Positions 6,669-15,111 of a DNA stretch of 64,000 nucleotides are shown here, in pieces. The stretch spans positions 2,206-66,205 of the forward strand of contig JACPBQ010000002.1 in NCBI GenBank assembly GCA_016180235.1, given 5' to 3'. Both the position numbers and the translations under genes were made by a program. The notes beneath the pieces were generated by a model. That model saw only the letters and a program-made list of their open reading frames with translations, was not told the origin of the DNA and searched no databases. The first letter of the stretch is position 1, and each line of letters begins with the position of its first letter. This DNA comes from Candidatus Woesearchaeota archaeon (GTDB taxonomy: Archaea > Nanobdellota > Nanobdellia > Woesearchaeales > GW2011-AR4).

Positions 6669-8840
6669 CTATGCCCCTAAAGAGCTTGTCAGTATCTGCC
6701 CTGCAATTATATTAAATAATAGCATTACAATAAGGCTTATTATGCAGTAAAGCACTGTGCTTCTTATCATGTTATTTCCAAGCGAATATTTTTCATTCAG
6801 CTTGTCAGAGCCGTTCTCAATGCCGTTGACAAGTATTGTCAGGATATAAGTTATCTGCACAACATACAACCCTACAATTATCTGGAAATAATATGTCGGT
6901 ATTCCTTCTCCAAAAATCGCCATCAGGCCTGCTCCCTGGGCTGCAGAAGATCCGGCTGTAACATCCTGCAGCTGTGAGCCGAGCTTTCCAAGGATTGTGG
7001 TTACCATCGAAGTTATCCCTATGACAATTCCGGCTATTGCCGGTGTCAAAAATTTTATCTGGGAATTCATTGAAGAGATTATGTCTGCCAATAAATCCTG
7101 CAGCCTTTCATTCACGCTGTGTATTTCCTTTATGTACCTTGAGACGTTTGTCAGGGCCTGGGCTGCGATTACTGGCCCTTTTTTTACCGATTGGACAAGG
7201 ACCTTCATCGAGCTTTCTATGAGGTTTGACGGAAAACTTATCAAAGCCCCGTGCGCAGGGTCAAATATTGCCTGCTTTATCCCCATCCCGAGTTTTTTTA
7301 TGTTAGCGCTCACAAGGCTGAAAAAATTTCCCGAGACCGTGCCTTCCATCATGTTTGCGACCTTGTCGAATGCTATCTCTGCAGGAAGCCCGTCTCCCAG
7401 CCTGTTTCCGAGCTGGAACAATGCGGATGCAAATTCCATCTCCAGTTTTTTCGCCCTCTCCCTTATCTTTATGATGTTCTTTGACCTTAGCCTGTAGAAT
7501 ATGCCTATTCCCAGTCCTAAAGATAATGTCACCAGCAGGCTTAATATAGCCGCGCCAAGGCCGTAAGGCCCCTCTGTCTCTCCTGTTGTAGCGCTTTCCC
7601 TGTATTCAAGCAGGCAGAATTTCTTGAGGCATGGGCTTAATGCGTCTTCAGCGCCAAAGCCGATGTCTGTAAAATTGATGCTGTGCAGCAGTACAGGGCT
7701 TAATCCTATTATGAGCAGCAAAGCGCCTATAAATATGCTGAACACAAGGGGATTTATCAGGAATTCTATTTTTCCAAGTTTTATTATGACGTTCCTGTAT
7801 TTTTTGAGCTCTGGGTTTTCCTCAGAAATATCCGTCTGGCCGTATCCTGTCGGCCTCCTGGATAATACCGCTTTCCCGAGGTAATATACGGCAACAGGCA
7901 AAGCAACATTGTACAGTGCAGCTATATGGTACCATGCCACTCCTTCCATAAAGCTGACAACCAAGGGCAGTATGACCAGGCCAAGAATCGGCAAAATGAT
8001 GCCAAGCATGTGCAGCATCGTTATTGGGCTTTGGAGATTATGGGCATAATGCAGCATCTTCTCGTAAGTCTCGTCCAGTATGACGTCCAATGACTTGTCC
8101 AATGCATTCAGCCTTCTTTCCTCGCTTCCCTCGTACAATGAAGATTCAATAAGGTGGAAAGATTCTATGAACTCGAAATTCCATCTCTTCCATGTTTCCA
8201 GGTATATGTCAAGGCTTTCCTTTATGCTGTCGTATTTTTCTGTCTCGACGTCCCAGAGCACTTTCTTGAGGTCAAGGCTCAGCGGAGGCGCAAGATGGTC
8301 TGCCGCAAACTCAATTGCATTTTCCAGGTTGCTCGTATGCCTCATGTATGTTACCACATAAAATACGCAAAGCACCATCTGGTTGCTTGCCTTTAGCCGC
8401 CAGTTGTTTGCAATATAGTCCGGAAGCTTTGCAAAAGGCTTTATCAGGGAGATTCCTATTATGAAAAAGAAAAGAATGAAAAACACAGACTGCAGCAAAA
8501 GGAAGGAAAGCAGCGATCCAAGTAATATTATGAAGATCGGGGCCAAGATTGAAAAGGAGACCGCTCCTGAAGGGGTTATATCAAGATGGGATATGCTTAT
8601 GTTATCCAGCATATCCTCCTCTTTTTTCTTATCCGGCTTTATCTTCAGTATCTTCTCGCTCAGGCCGCATAGCTTCTCGTATATCGTAAAGTGCTTTGGC
8701 ATGTATTCCTGCCTGAATTCCCGGTATTCCCTGGAGGTGATTTTAGGGGAATAAGTCTTTGCGCCCAGCTCTTTCTCTATCTGCTGCCTGTAGAACTCTG
8801 CCAAGTTCTTCATCCTTTCCTTGTCGCTTTGCGTCGGCAT
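6669..8840 (-). CDS. polytopic membrane platform protein of a type IV filament system (FlaJ/TadC/PilC-like, T2SS-F-type domain)
   Basis: 723 aa with many TM helices. The cytoplasmic segment FASALFQLGNRLGDGLPAEIAFDKVANMM..IKKLGMGIKQAIFD..FPSNLIESSMKVLVQSVKKGPVIAAQALTNVSRYI fits the GspF/T2SS-F domain pattern. Same strand and directly downstream of the FlaI-type ATPase. Confidence 0.6.
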   Translation of the reverse strand: MPTQSDKERMKNLAEFYRQQIEKELGAKTYSPKITSREYREFRQEYMPKHFTIYEKLCGLSEKILKIKPDKKKEEDMLDNISISHLDITPSGAVSFSILAPIFIILLGSLLSFLLLQSVFFILFFFIIGISLIKPFAKLPDYIANNWRLKASNQMVLCVFYVVTYMRHTSNLENAIEFAADHLAPPLSLDLKKVLWDVETEKYDSIKESLDIYLETWKRWNFEFIESFHLIESSLYEGSEERRLNALDKSLDVILDETYEKMLHYAHNLQSPITMLHMLGIILPILGLVILPLVVSFMEGVAWYHIAALYNVALPVAVYYLGKAVLSRRPTGYGQTDISEENPELKKYRNVIIKLGKIEFLINPLVFSIFIGALLLIIGLSPVLLHSINFTDIGFGAEDALSPCLKKFCLLEYRESATTGETEGPYGLGAAILSLLVTLSLGLGIGIFYRLRSKNIIKIRERAKKLEMEFASALFQLGNRLGDGLPAEIAFDKVANMMEGTVSGNFFSLVSANIKKLGMGIKQAIFDPAHGALISFPSNLIESSMKVLVQSVKKGPVIAAQALTNVSRYIKEIHSVNERLQDLLADIISSMNSQIKFLTPAIAGIVIGITSMVTTILGKLGSQLQDVTAGSSAAQGAGLMAIFGEGIPTYYFQIIVGLYVVQITYILTILVNGIENGSDKLNEKYSLGNNMIRSTVLYCIISLIVMLLFNIIAGQILTSSLGA

Positions 8841-8912
8841 CTGTAGAACTGTTCACCTCTTTTTTTAAGTCATATTTATATAATAATAAACCAATAATCA
8901 TTCCTTTATTAT

Positions 8913-9072
8913 CTAGGCGCCGCCAATACCGCGGCGCATCATTGCACTGGACATTTGCGCAATCGCCCCATTACGGGCGATTATTGATGTGTTGCAGTGA
9001 TTGCCGCGCAACAATGGCGCGGCTAGGAAAGTTACGTACCAATGATGCGAGGCCGTAATGCGCCGAGCCTAT
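8913..9072 (+). repeat. GC-rich multi-hairpin element (candidate structured RNA or repeat family member)
   Basis: Hairpins GCGCCGC-caatacc-GCGGCGC, AATCGCCC-catta-GGGCGATT and GCCGCGC-aacaatg-GCGCGGC. Long-range pairings CGCATCATT/AATGATGCG and CACTG/CAGTG. Strongly GC-rich in an AT-rich spacer between the ATPase and platform genes. Confidence 0.6.
9009..9072 (+). repeat. left arm of 64-nt perfect inverted repeat
   Basis: caacaatggcgcggctaggaaagttacgtaccaatgatgcgaggccgtaatgcgccgagcctat is the exact reverse complement of 15772-15835. Confidence 0.9.
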
Positions 9073-9121
9073 TTTTCTGGGAATTATTTTCCGATTAGTC
9101 AAAATTAAATTCATCTTGCTT

Positions 9122-11413
9122 TTATTTCATATTCATCTTCTTTACGCTCCTTTTCAGCCATTCGTTCCAGTCAAAAAATATGCGCTTACTGTCCAAAGAC
9201 CCCGTCTCTTCCTTTATCCTCTCTGATATCATGTGGAACTCGTCATTTGCCATTACAACAAAATCGGCCTCGAGCAAATTGAGCATATTGGATTTTTCGG
9301 CGTAATTCAGCAAGGTTTCTTTCATTTTTGCCCTTAGCAGTATATTGTCCCAGACAGCATCCCAGCTTCCTGCCCATTCCTTGACATTTCCTGCTATTCC
9401 TTTCAGTATCTCGCTCTCCCCGTTAATCAGGTCGTCTGTAGGCTCAAGCTGGTCAGTCCTGCTGTCATATTTCATCAGGTCAACAAACCCATTTTCCAGC
9501 AAAGGGTCATTTTCCCAGTGCTTCCTCACCTCGGTTATCTGCGTGATTCTTCTCCAGCGGTGCAGGCCGTCTGCACTCCTTATGGGATTGGCAACAACGA
9601 TAATGTCAGTTGCCTTGAAGCTTGTCCTCGGCACTCCTAAGTCGTTTACAACCCTGTCAAAGACTCCGTAAGGAGAATCTCCATGGATTGTTCCTGCTAC
9701 GACATTGGCAAGTGCTCCTATCCTCATCGCCTCGTATAATGCCAAAGCCTCCTTGCTCCTTATCTCTCCGACGATTAAAGCAGAATCTCCCATCCTTAGA
9801 GTTGTCCTTATGCCTTCATCAGCAGGGACTTCCGCACTTCCCTTTGTCAACGCTGCAGCAACTTTCAGGGGCTGTATGTTATAGCCAAGCTTTCTTAACG
9901 AAGAGGTCGGCAGTTCCAGGGTGTCTTCAATTGTAATGACCCTGTATCTTCTCATCAATTCAACAAGCAAAGACCCCAATAACGATGTTTTTCCCGCGCT
10001 CCTGGTGCCTGCAACAAGCATAGTCCTGCTGCCGTCAATAATAAAGCTCAATAATCCAGCAGCCAATGGGCTTATCATCCGGTTGTGCATGAACAATGGC
10101 AATGTCCATGGCCTGTCCCTGTGCCTTCTGAAAGCGAAAGAAATGCCGAAAGGATTCAAAGGCTCCCCGACTGCAGCAACTCTTGTGTTTGCGCCCTTTA
10201 TGCTAAGCTCGGTGTCCAGGATTGGATTTGCCTCATCAAGCGGCCTTCCCGAAACAAGCCTTAGTTTTGTGGCCCACGAGTCTGCTTCCGCGCTTGTAGG
10301 GATTATGTTCGTCTTGCAGTCTCCGTAAGTCTGGTGCACGATGAAAGCAGGGACATCTCCGATCTGGTTGTTTATTGTGACATCCTGGACTTTCTCGTCC
10401 TGCAGCAAAACCTCTATCAGCCCAAAGCCTACTGTGTATCTGACAAGGATGTTCGTAAGCTGGTCAATTTCCGATGATGTAAGCTTCATGTCCCTGTATT
10501 CTGTAAGCTCCTCGATCAGGTCCTGGCCCACATTGAAGAAAACCTGCCTCATCCTTTCCGGATCCACAAACTCGCTTCTTTCCGGCTTGTGCTCTGCCAT
10601 TATCTTCCTAGCAGTGTCAAGTATCTCATATTTCTCCTCGGTAAGCTTGAATTCAGGGGGCATGATGTGGTAAAGGTACTGCACCGTGTCGGGAAGCTCG
10701 AATATTGTAACTTCAGTATCCCCGCCAATTGTGTAAGTCTCGAGCTCTTTTGCATCATGCGGGAAAGTGGACATCAGTTTCGTGAACATGAAATCCGGCC
10801 TTACTACCGGAATGAAAAATCTCCTGTAGATTTCCCTGTCTCCTATTTTGTGGCCTGCAAGATGGGGCTTTGCAAGCGCTATGATCCCTGTTTTCTCAAA
10901 CAATGCAAGGATAAACTCAAGAAGTTCAAGGTATTTCTGGCCGCACTTTGCAAACGTGCCGTCTGCAGACTTGTCGATATTGATCCTCTCGTCCCTTGCG
11001 ATCCTCACCAGCTCCACATAAGCGCCAATTGGATCTGATCTCAACAGATTGGAGATTATGTTCTGTATAGTGGAATACCAGCTGTTGGCCCATTTTGCGC
11101 AGCTTGTGTCTGAAACCAGCTGCGTATAGCTTGAAATCTCCTTTCTCCTGATAAGCTGGGAGTACAGCCTTGCTATTTCCCTCAGCAATATTGTCTGCTC
11201 ATAGTCATACTCATAATTTCTTTTTTGAGTAAATACTATTTTTGTTGCATCCTTGACCTCAATGAGCATGTCGCATGCCTTGGACATCACAACCGGGTCG
11301 TCTTCCAGGGAAGGCGCATGTGTATAATCTTCCATGTTAACTGAAAGCAGTACATCTTCCCCCTCCCTTATCACCTCGTAAGAGAAAGGCTTCTTGTTGT
11401 CGAACAGTGCCAT
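9122..11413 (-). CDS. type II/IV secretion-family ATPase (FlaI/ArlI / VirB11 / PilB-like) with long N-terminal extension
   Basis: Walker A GTRSAGKTS, Asp box VITIEDTLELP, Walker B ALIVGEIRSKEA, His box AGTIHGDSP. 763 aa. Confidence 0.85.
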   Translation of the reverse strand: MALFDNKKPFSYEVIREGEDVLLSVNMEDYTHAPSLEDDPVVMSKACDMLIEVKDATKIVFTQKRNYEYDYEQTILLREIARLYSQLIRRKEISSYTQLVSDTSCAKWANSWYSTIQNIISNLLRSDPIGAYVELVRIARDERINIDKSADGTFAKCGQKYLELLEFILALFEKTGIIALAKPHLAGHKIGDREIYRRFFIPVVRPDFMFTKLMSTFPHDAKELETYTIGGDTEVTIFELPDTVQYLYHIMPPEFKLTEEKYEILDTARKIMAEHKPERSEFVDPERMRQVFFNVGQDLIEELTEYRDMKLTSSEIDQLTNILVRYTVGFGLIEVLLQDEKVQDVTINNQIGDVPAFIVHQTYGDCKTNIIPTSAEADSWATKLRLVSGRPLDEANPILDTELSIKGANTRVAAVGEPLNPFGISFAFRRHRDRPWTLPLFMHNRMISPLAAGLLSFIIDGSRTMLVAGTRSAGKTSLLGSLLVELMRRYRVITIEDTLELPTSSLRKLGYNIQPLKVAAALTKGSAEVPADEGIRTTLRMGDSALIVGEIRSKEALALYEAMRIGALANVVAGTIHGDSPYGVFDRVVNDLGVPRTSFKATDIIVVANPIRSADGLHRWRRITQITEVRKHWENDPLLENGFVDLMKYDSRTDQLEPTDDLINGESEILKGIAGNVKEWAGSWDAVWDNILLRAKMKETLLNYAEKSNMLNLLEADFVVMANDEFHMISERIKEETGSLDSKRIFFDWNEWLKRSVKKMNMK

Positions 11414-11491
11414 TTTTGAATTTGTTGTTTTGTTTATTCGATTTTATTATCGGGATTTGATTTTTAAGTTGTTTTGATGCTTATGCAGGAT

Positions 11492-11644
11492 TTATTTGCC
11501 TTTTTTTGTTTCACTTTGCCTTAAAAGCTCCAGGGCTATCTCAATCAAATGGGACTTGTTCCTGTATTTCTTCCTGTCTTCCAGCTCCTTGTCCACCCAC
11601 TTGATTAGCTCTGCGTCAATTGTGGCGCTGATTGGCTTTTTCAT
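11492..11644 (-). CDS. ribbon-helix-helix (CopG/Arc/MetJ-type) DNA-binding protein, 50 aa
   Basis: Below the ORF-track size cutoff. Manual translation gives MKKPISATIDAELIKWVDKELEDRKKYRNKSHLIEIALELLRQSETKKGK, a beta-strand plus two helices typical of RHH. Sits directly upstream of the ATPase on the same strand. Confidence 0.6.
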   Translation of the reverse strand: MKKPISATIDAELIKWVDKELEDRKKYRNKSHLIEIALELLRQSETKKGK

Positions 11645-11773
11645 ATGACCCATATTATAAAATATATTTTTTATTATTTTTAATTATTTTATATATTTTA
11701 TATTATAAACATATCCTGATATTTAAATGTTATGGAAAGCAAGGCTTAAATAGTTCTGGCATACAGATATCCC

Positions 11774-12364
11774 ATGGATCCCATATTGCAGGCCATAATC
11801 CAGCTGGTAATCCTGTTTTTTGTCATATTTGACCCTTTTGTAAGCCTGGCTGTGTTCGTTATCGCGACAAAGAATATGGGCAATAAGGAGCGCAACTTGG
11901 TTGCTGCTCTCGCTGTCATAGTGGCTGCAATAATATCCCTGGTTGTGTTGGCCTTGGGCAACAGCTTTCTCATGCTCCTAAGCACAAGCCTTGAGGATTT
12001 TAGGGTTGCAGGAGGGATTATTCTTGGGCTCCTGGGCATCAAGATGGTATGGGGACAATCGCTTGTTAATGACGCCACTATTAAGGGCAGCTCCGGGCGT
12101 GCTATTGCAGCAATAATCGCGACTCCATTGCTAACGGGCCCTGCAGCAATAACTGCCATAATAATCAGCGTTAATGATCATGGCCATGCTATAACCGGCG
12201 CTGCTGTTGGATTTGTCCTGGGCATAAGCGCCCTTATGTTCTACCAGGCAACCAACATACAAAAAGCATTGGGAAATACTACCTTGCAGGTTATATCTAC
12301 AATTCTGGGATTAATAACGATAGCATGGGGTGTAAAGTTCATAAGGCTGGGATTGGGCATTTAG
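11774..12364 (+). CDS. MarC family (UPF0056) integral membrane protein
   Basis: Aligns by eye with E. coli MarC: FDPFVSLAVFVIATKNMGNKERN versus [23 protein letters not shown], and FRVAGGIILGLLGIKMV versus LRIAGGLIVAFIGFRML. About 6 TM helices in 196 aa. Confidence 0.8.
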   Translation: MDPILQAIIQLVILFFVIFDPFVSLAVFVIATKNMGNKERNLVAALAVIVAAIISLVVLALGNSFLMLLSTSLEDFRVAGGIILGLLGIKMVWGQSLVNDATIKGSSGRAIAAIIATPLLTGPAAITAIIISVNDHGHAITGAAVGFVLGISALMFYQATNIQKALGNTTLQVISTILGLITIAWGVKFIRLGLGI

Positions 12365-12589
12365 CCCCAGTCAAAAAAACAAAACATATATATAGCGGCG
12401 AAACTAAAATATTAATCAATATTCCGCCGCTATCATGAAAATCAAAGATTTTCAGGACACAAGCGCGAAGCGCTGTGCTGAACTTCGTTCATGCACAAAA
12501 AATCTATGATTTTTGTGTGTGTTCGAAAACACAAACTATTTGTGAATAAATTTTTTGTGTTTTCCGCTATATAAGTTAAAAAGAGGATT

Positions 12590-13033
12590 ATGAAAATGGA
12601 AGAACTTGGAATTCCGCCGGCACCAAAGCAGCATGCAGGCCTTTTCCGGGGCCAAAAGCCTGTGCAGGCTGACATCAGCCCTTTCTCAGAGGACATAGGA
12701 AATCTAAGCAGGAGGTTAAGGGTTCTTGAGGAAAGCTTCACCAACCTAAGAAGGGTTCTTCAGGTCACTGAGCAGAACATGCTGGATAAGAACCGCATTT
12801 TTACTACAGAGATAAGGACTATAGTTTCAGACATAAGCGACATGAAAAAGGAAATCAATGACATAAAGGAAAAAATAATGGAGCTCGTAAAGGAGCTGCA
12901 GACAGCAGCAAAGAGGGACGAGGTAAAAGTTCTTGAGAAATACATAAACCTGTGGAATCCCGTAAAATTTGTCACCCAGAACGAGGTCGAGCAGATAGTG
13001 AAGGAAATGCTCGACAGGGAAAAGGAAAAATAA
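12590..13033 (+). CDS. coiled-coil protein, unknown function
   Basis: 147 aa with heptad-rich sequence (LRVLEESFTNLRRVLQVTEQNM..ISDMKKEINDIKEKIMELVKELQ). AGAGGA-like RBS upstream. Confidence 0.5.
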   Translation: MKMEELGIPPAPKQHAGLFRGQKPVQADISPFSEDIGNLSRRLRVLEESFTNLRRVLQVTEQNMLDKNRIFTTEIRTIVSDISDMKKEINDIKEKIMELVKELQTAAKRDEVKVLEKYINLWNPVKFVTQNEVEQIVKEMLDREKEK

Positions 13034-13080
13034 GGGTTTGATTATTGATAATTAATAGGCGAGTCAGGAGTTTGAGTTTT

Positions 13081-13150
13081 AATAAATAGCGAAGCCGAGC
13101 GTATGCTAGAGAGCGAGGCTTCGCAGTAAATTTGCGGAGCAGATTTAAAA
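13081..13150 (+). repeat. GC-rich hairpin repeat, copy a (partner at 15843-15912)
   Basis: ataaatagCGAAGCC..GGCTTCGcagtaaatttgcggagcagatttaaaaa aligns with ataaataggCGAGGC..GCCTCGcactatagtttcggatcagattaaaaa. The stem carries a compensatory A-T to G-C change. Confidence 0.65.
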
Positions 13151-13231
13151 AATAAAATAAAGATTACTGCATGCTTAAATAGAAATGTTTATATACATTT
13201 TTTCAACTGAATTGTAAAAAAGAGGTATATT

Positions 13232-13876
13232 ATGGCTTTATTCAGCTTCGGCAAGAAAAAGAGCGCGCAACCAGTCCAATCAGCGCCTGGAAGCCCCATA
13301 GAGCAGGCAATGGTGATGAAGCAGAGGGGCATGGACAACAACTCCATAGTCCAGGAGCTTGAAAGGCAGGGCTATAATTCTTCCCAGATTTTTGATGTGA
13401 TGAACCAGATGAACATAAGCGGGGCAAACACGAGTATTGAGCAGCCTCCGGAATATGGCATGCCGCAGCAGGATTTTTCCTATCAGCAGCCGTATCCCCA
13501 GCAGCAATATGAGCAGCCAAGGGAAGAAAAAGAGTCTGTAAGCAGGGAGCAGATAGAAGAGATTGCAGAGTCGATAATAGACGAGAAATGGAAAGAGTTT
13601 GAGGAAGATGTCAGGAAAATAATTGAATGGAAAGACAAGACAGAGTTGAGGATAGGCCAGCTCGACCAGCAGATAAAAGATATTGCGGCTACTTTAAACA
13701 GCCTCCATAAAAACATAATAAACAAGGTTTCCGACTATGACCGGAATTTGACGGATGTCGGCACAGAGATAAAAGCCATGGAAAAGGTCTTCCAGAAAGT
13801 TTTGCCAAGCCTGACGGAGAATGTAAATAAGCTGGAAAGATTGTCTAAAGGCGCTAAGCCGTCAGTAAGAAAATAG
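13232..13876 (+). CDS. hypothetical protein: small helical N-domain, Q/P-rich linker, C-terminal coiled coil
   Basis: 214 aa. N-terminus SPIEQAMVMKQRGMDNNSIVQELERQGYNSSQIFDVMNQ, linker PQQDFSYQQPYPQQQYEQP, C-terminal heptads (LRIGQLDQQIKDIAATLNSLHKNIINKV). AGAGGT RBS upstream. Confidence 0.55.
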   Translation: MALFSFGKKKSAQPVQSAPGSPIEQAMVMKQRGMDNNSIVQELERQGYNSSQIFDVMNQMNISGANTSIEQPPEYGMPQQDFSYQQPYPQQQYEQPREEKESVSREQIEEIAESIIDEKWKEFEEDVRKIIEWKDKTELRIGQLDQQIKDIAATLNSLHKNIINKVSDYDRNLTDVGTEIKAMEKVFQKVLPSLTENVNKLERLSKGAKPSVRK

Positions 13877-13941
13877 GCTTAATCAGTTAATAATTATTGC
13901 TAACAAATAGTGTTGGTTAGAAAATTGAATTCTATTTTATG

Positions 13942-14445
13942 CTAAGTCTGCTTCGCAGCCAGCAATCCGATTGTAAACACTGCTATAAGGAATATAAGTA
14001 TCATACCAAGAAAATTGGGGTGGAATATGATTGTGGATGTCTTGGCAAAATCTTCCCCTCTTTCCGGAACATTGACATTTTCCCTGACGACAGCCAAGGC
14101 CCCTACAATTAATGCAACAACCAGGATGACAAGCACAATATATTTCATTGCGGGCATTTCAAGCGCTGTGGCTGAGCCTCCGAACATCTTGGCTGCTATC
14201 GCCACTATCGCAACTAATACCAGCACAACCGCAAAAACCGGGGCTATCTGCTTCACGACCTCTGTGGCTATCTCCGATATTATGACAAAGAATGATGCCA
14301 GCAGCCCTATCAGGATTATTATTATCTGGTTCTGGCCAAGCACTTTTGTATAGAGAAGCACGGCATAAACGAAAAGCCACACAAAAAGGAATACAAAAAC
14401 AACAGAAAAGCTCTGAAGGGCCGTAACATCAAGAAAAGTTGCCAT
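13942..14445 (-). CDS. polytopic membrane protein, paralog 1 of 3
   Basis: 167 aa with 4-5 TM helices. The N-terminal TM followed by ..YTKVLGQNQ resembles the ..LEKSKILG / ..LERTKVFG motif of the two upstream genes. Confidence 0.55.
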   Translation of the reverse strand: MATFLDVTALQSFSVVFVFLFVWLFVYAVLLYTKVLGQNQIIIILIGLLASFFVIISEIATEVVKQIAPVFAVVLVLVAIVAIAAKMFGGSATALEMPAMKYIVLVILVVALIVGALAVVRENVNVPERGEDFAKTSTIIFHPNFLGMILIFLIAVFTIGLLAAKQT

Positions 14446-14451
14446 TTTCGC

Positions 14452-15054
14452 TTATTTTCCGCCAAACATTCTGCCAAAATCCATTCCAAGCCTCTTGAAG
14501 CCTGCTAATTTCTCCCTTTCGCCTTCCCCGCCGGTAACGAATGATATAATGACGCCAAAGACAACAAGCATTATGAAGATTGCCAGCGCATCAGAGCCGA
14601 ATATTCTTTCCAGCCAGTCATCGAATCCTGCTGCGTACCATCCTGCTGAACTGCCAAATATTATTATTATTGCAACAATGGAAAAGAATCCTATCCATCC
14701 GGGCATGGACATCCCCAAAGTGACCTTGTCATGGGCAAAAACCCCTATCAGGATCATTAGCGAAATGATGCCGACTATAACAAGGCCGACCTGAGGCAGT
14801 GCGGCATTTATGATTAAAACGGGGTCAAATCCTGCAGGCAGGTCTCCTGTTATGTGCGGTATGACAATTATGAGGGCAAAAATAAGCGCTATCGCGCTGT
14901 TCATGTTCCTCTTTTCCTCTCCAAGAATCTTTGATTTTTCCAGAACCGCAAAAACTATTGTAAATATCAGGAGAAAAGGCAGCAAAACGTCCATAAGGCC
15001 CCATCTCTCCAGTGACCTTCCAAATTCCTCAAGCACAAAATTCTCTGAAGCCAA
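14452..15054 (-). CDS. polytopic membrane protein, paralog 2 of 3
   Basis: 200 aa. The N-terminal motif DVLLPFLLIFTIVFAVLEKSKILGEE is shared with paralog 3. Confidence 0.6.
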   Translation of the reverse strand: MASENFVLEEFGRSLERWGLMDVLLPFLLIFTIVFAVLEKSKILGEEKRNMNSAIALIFALIIVIPHITGDLPAGFDPVLIINAALPQVGLVIVGIISLMILIGVFAHDKVTLGMSMPGWIGFFSIVAIIIIFGSSAGWYAAGFDDWLERIFGSDALAIFIMLVVFGVIISFVTGGEGEREKLAGFKRLGMDFGRMFGGK

Positions 15055-15111
15055 TTAACGCACCTTTTTTGATTTAATCTAAATTATTGAAGTTATACTT
15101 TTTAAACTTTG

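Noticed and set aside
6997-8754. Multiple + strand ORFs (61-166 aa) inside 6669-8840.
   Set aside because: They are antisense to the long membrane-protein ORF with a T2SS-F-like domain, and none has a recognisable motif.
9025-9033. AGGAAAGTT inside the repeat resembles the RNase P RNA CR-I box (GAGGAAAGUCC).
   Set aside because: The match is imperfect. The element is only about 160 nt, lacks the other conserved regions I could look for, and is present twice in opposite orientations. It is unlikely to be the RNase P RNA gene.
8759-9058. 99-aa + strand ORF (MRPALSLSAACRTLPSS..).
   Set aside because: It runs across the gene start of the platform protein and the GC-rich hairpin element. Its Arg/Ala/Ser-rich translation is typical of GC-rich non-coding sequence.
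12442-12744. 100-aa minus-strand ORF.
   Set aside because: It overlaps the hairpin-dense spacer and the 5' end of the better-supported + strand coiled-coil gene. There is no RBS or promoter context.
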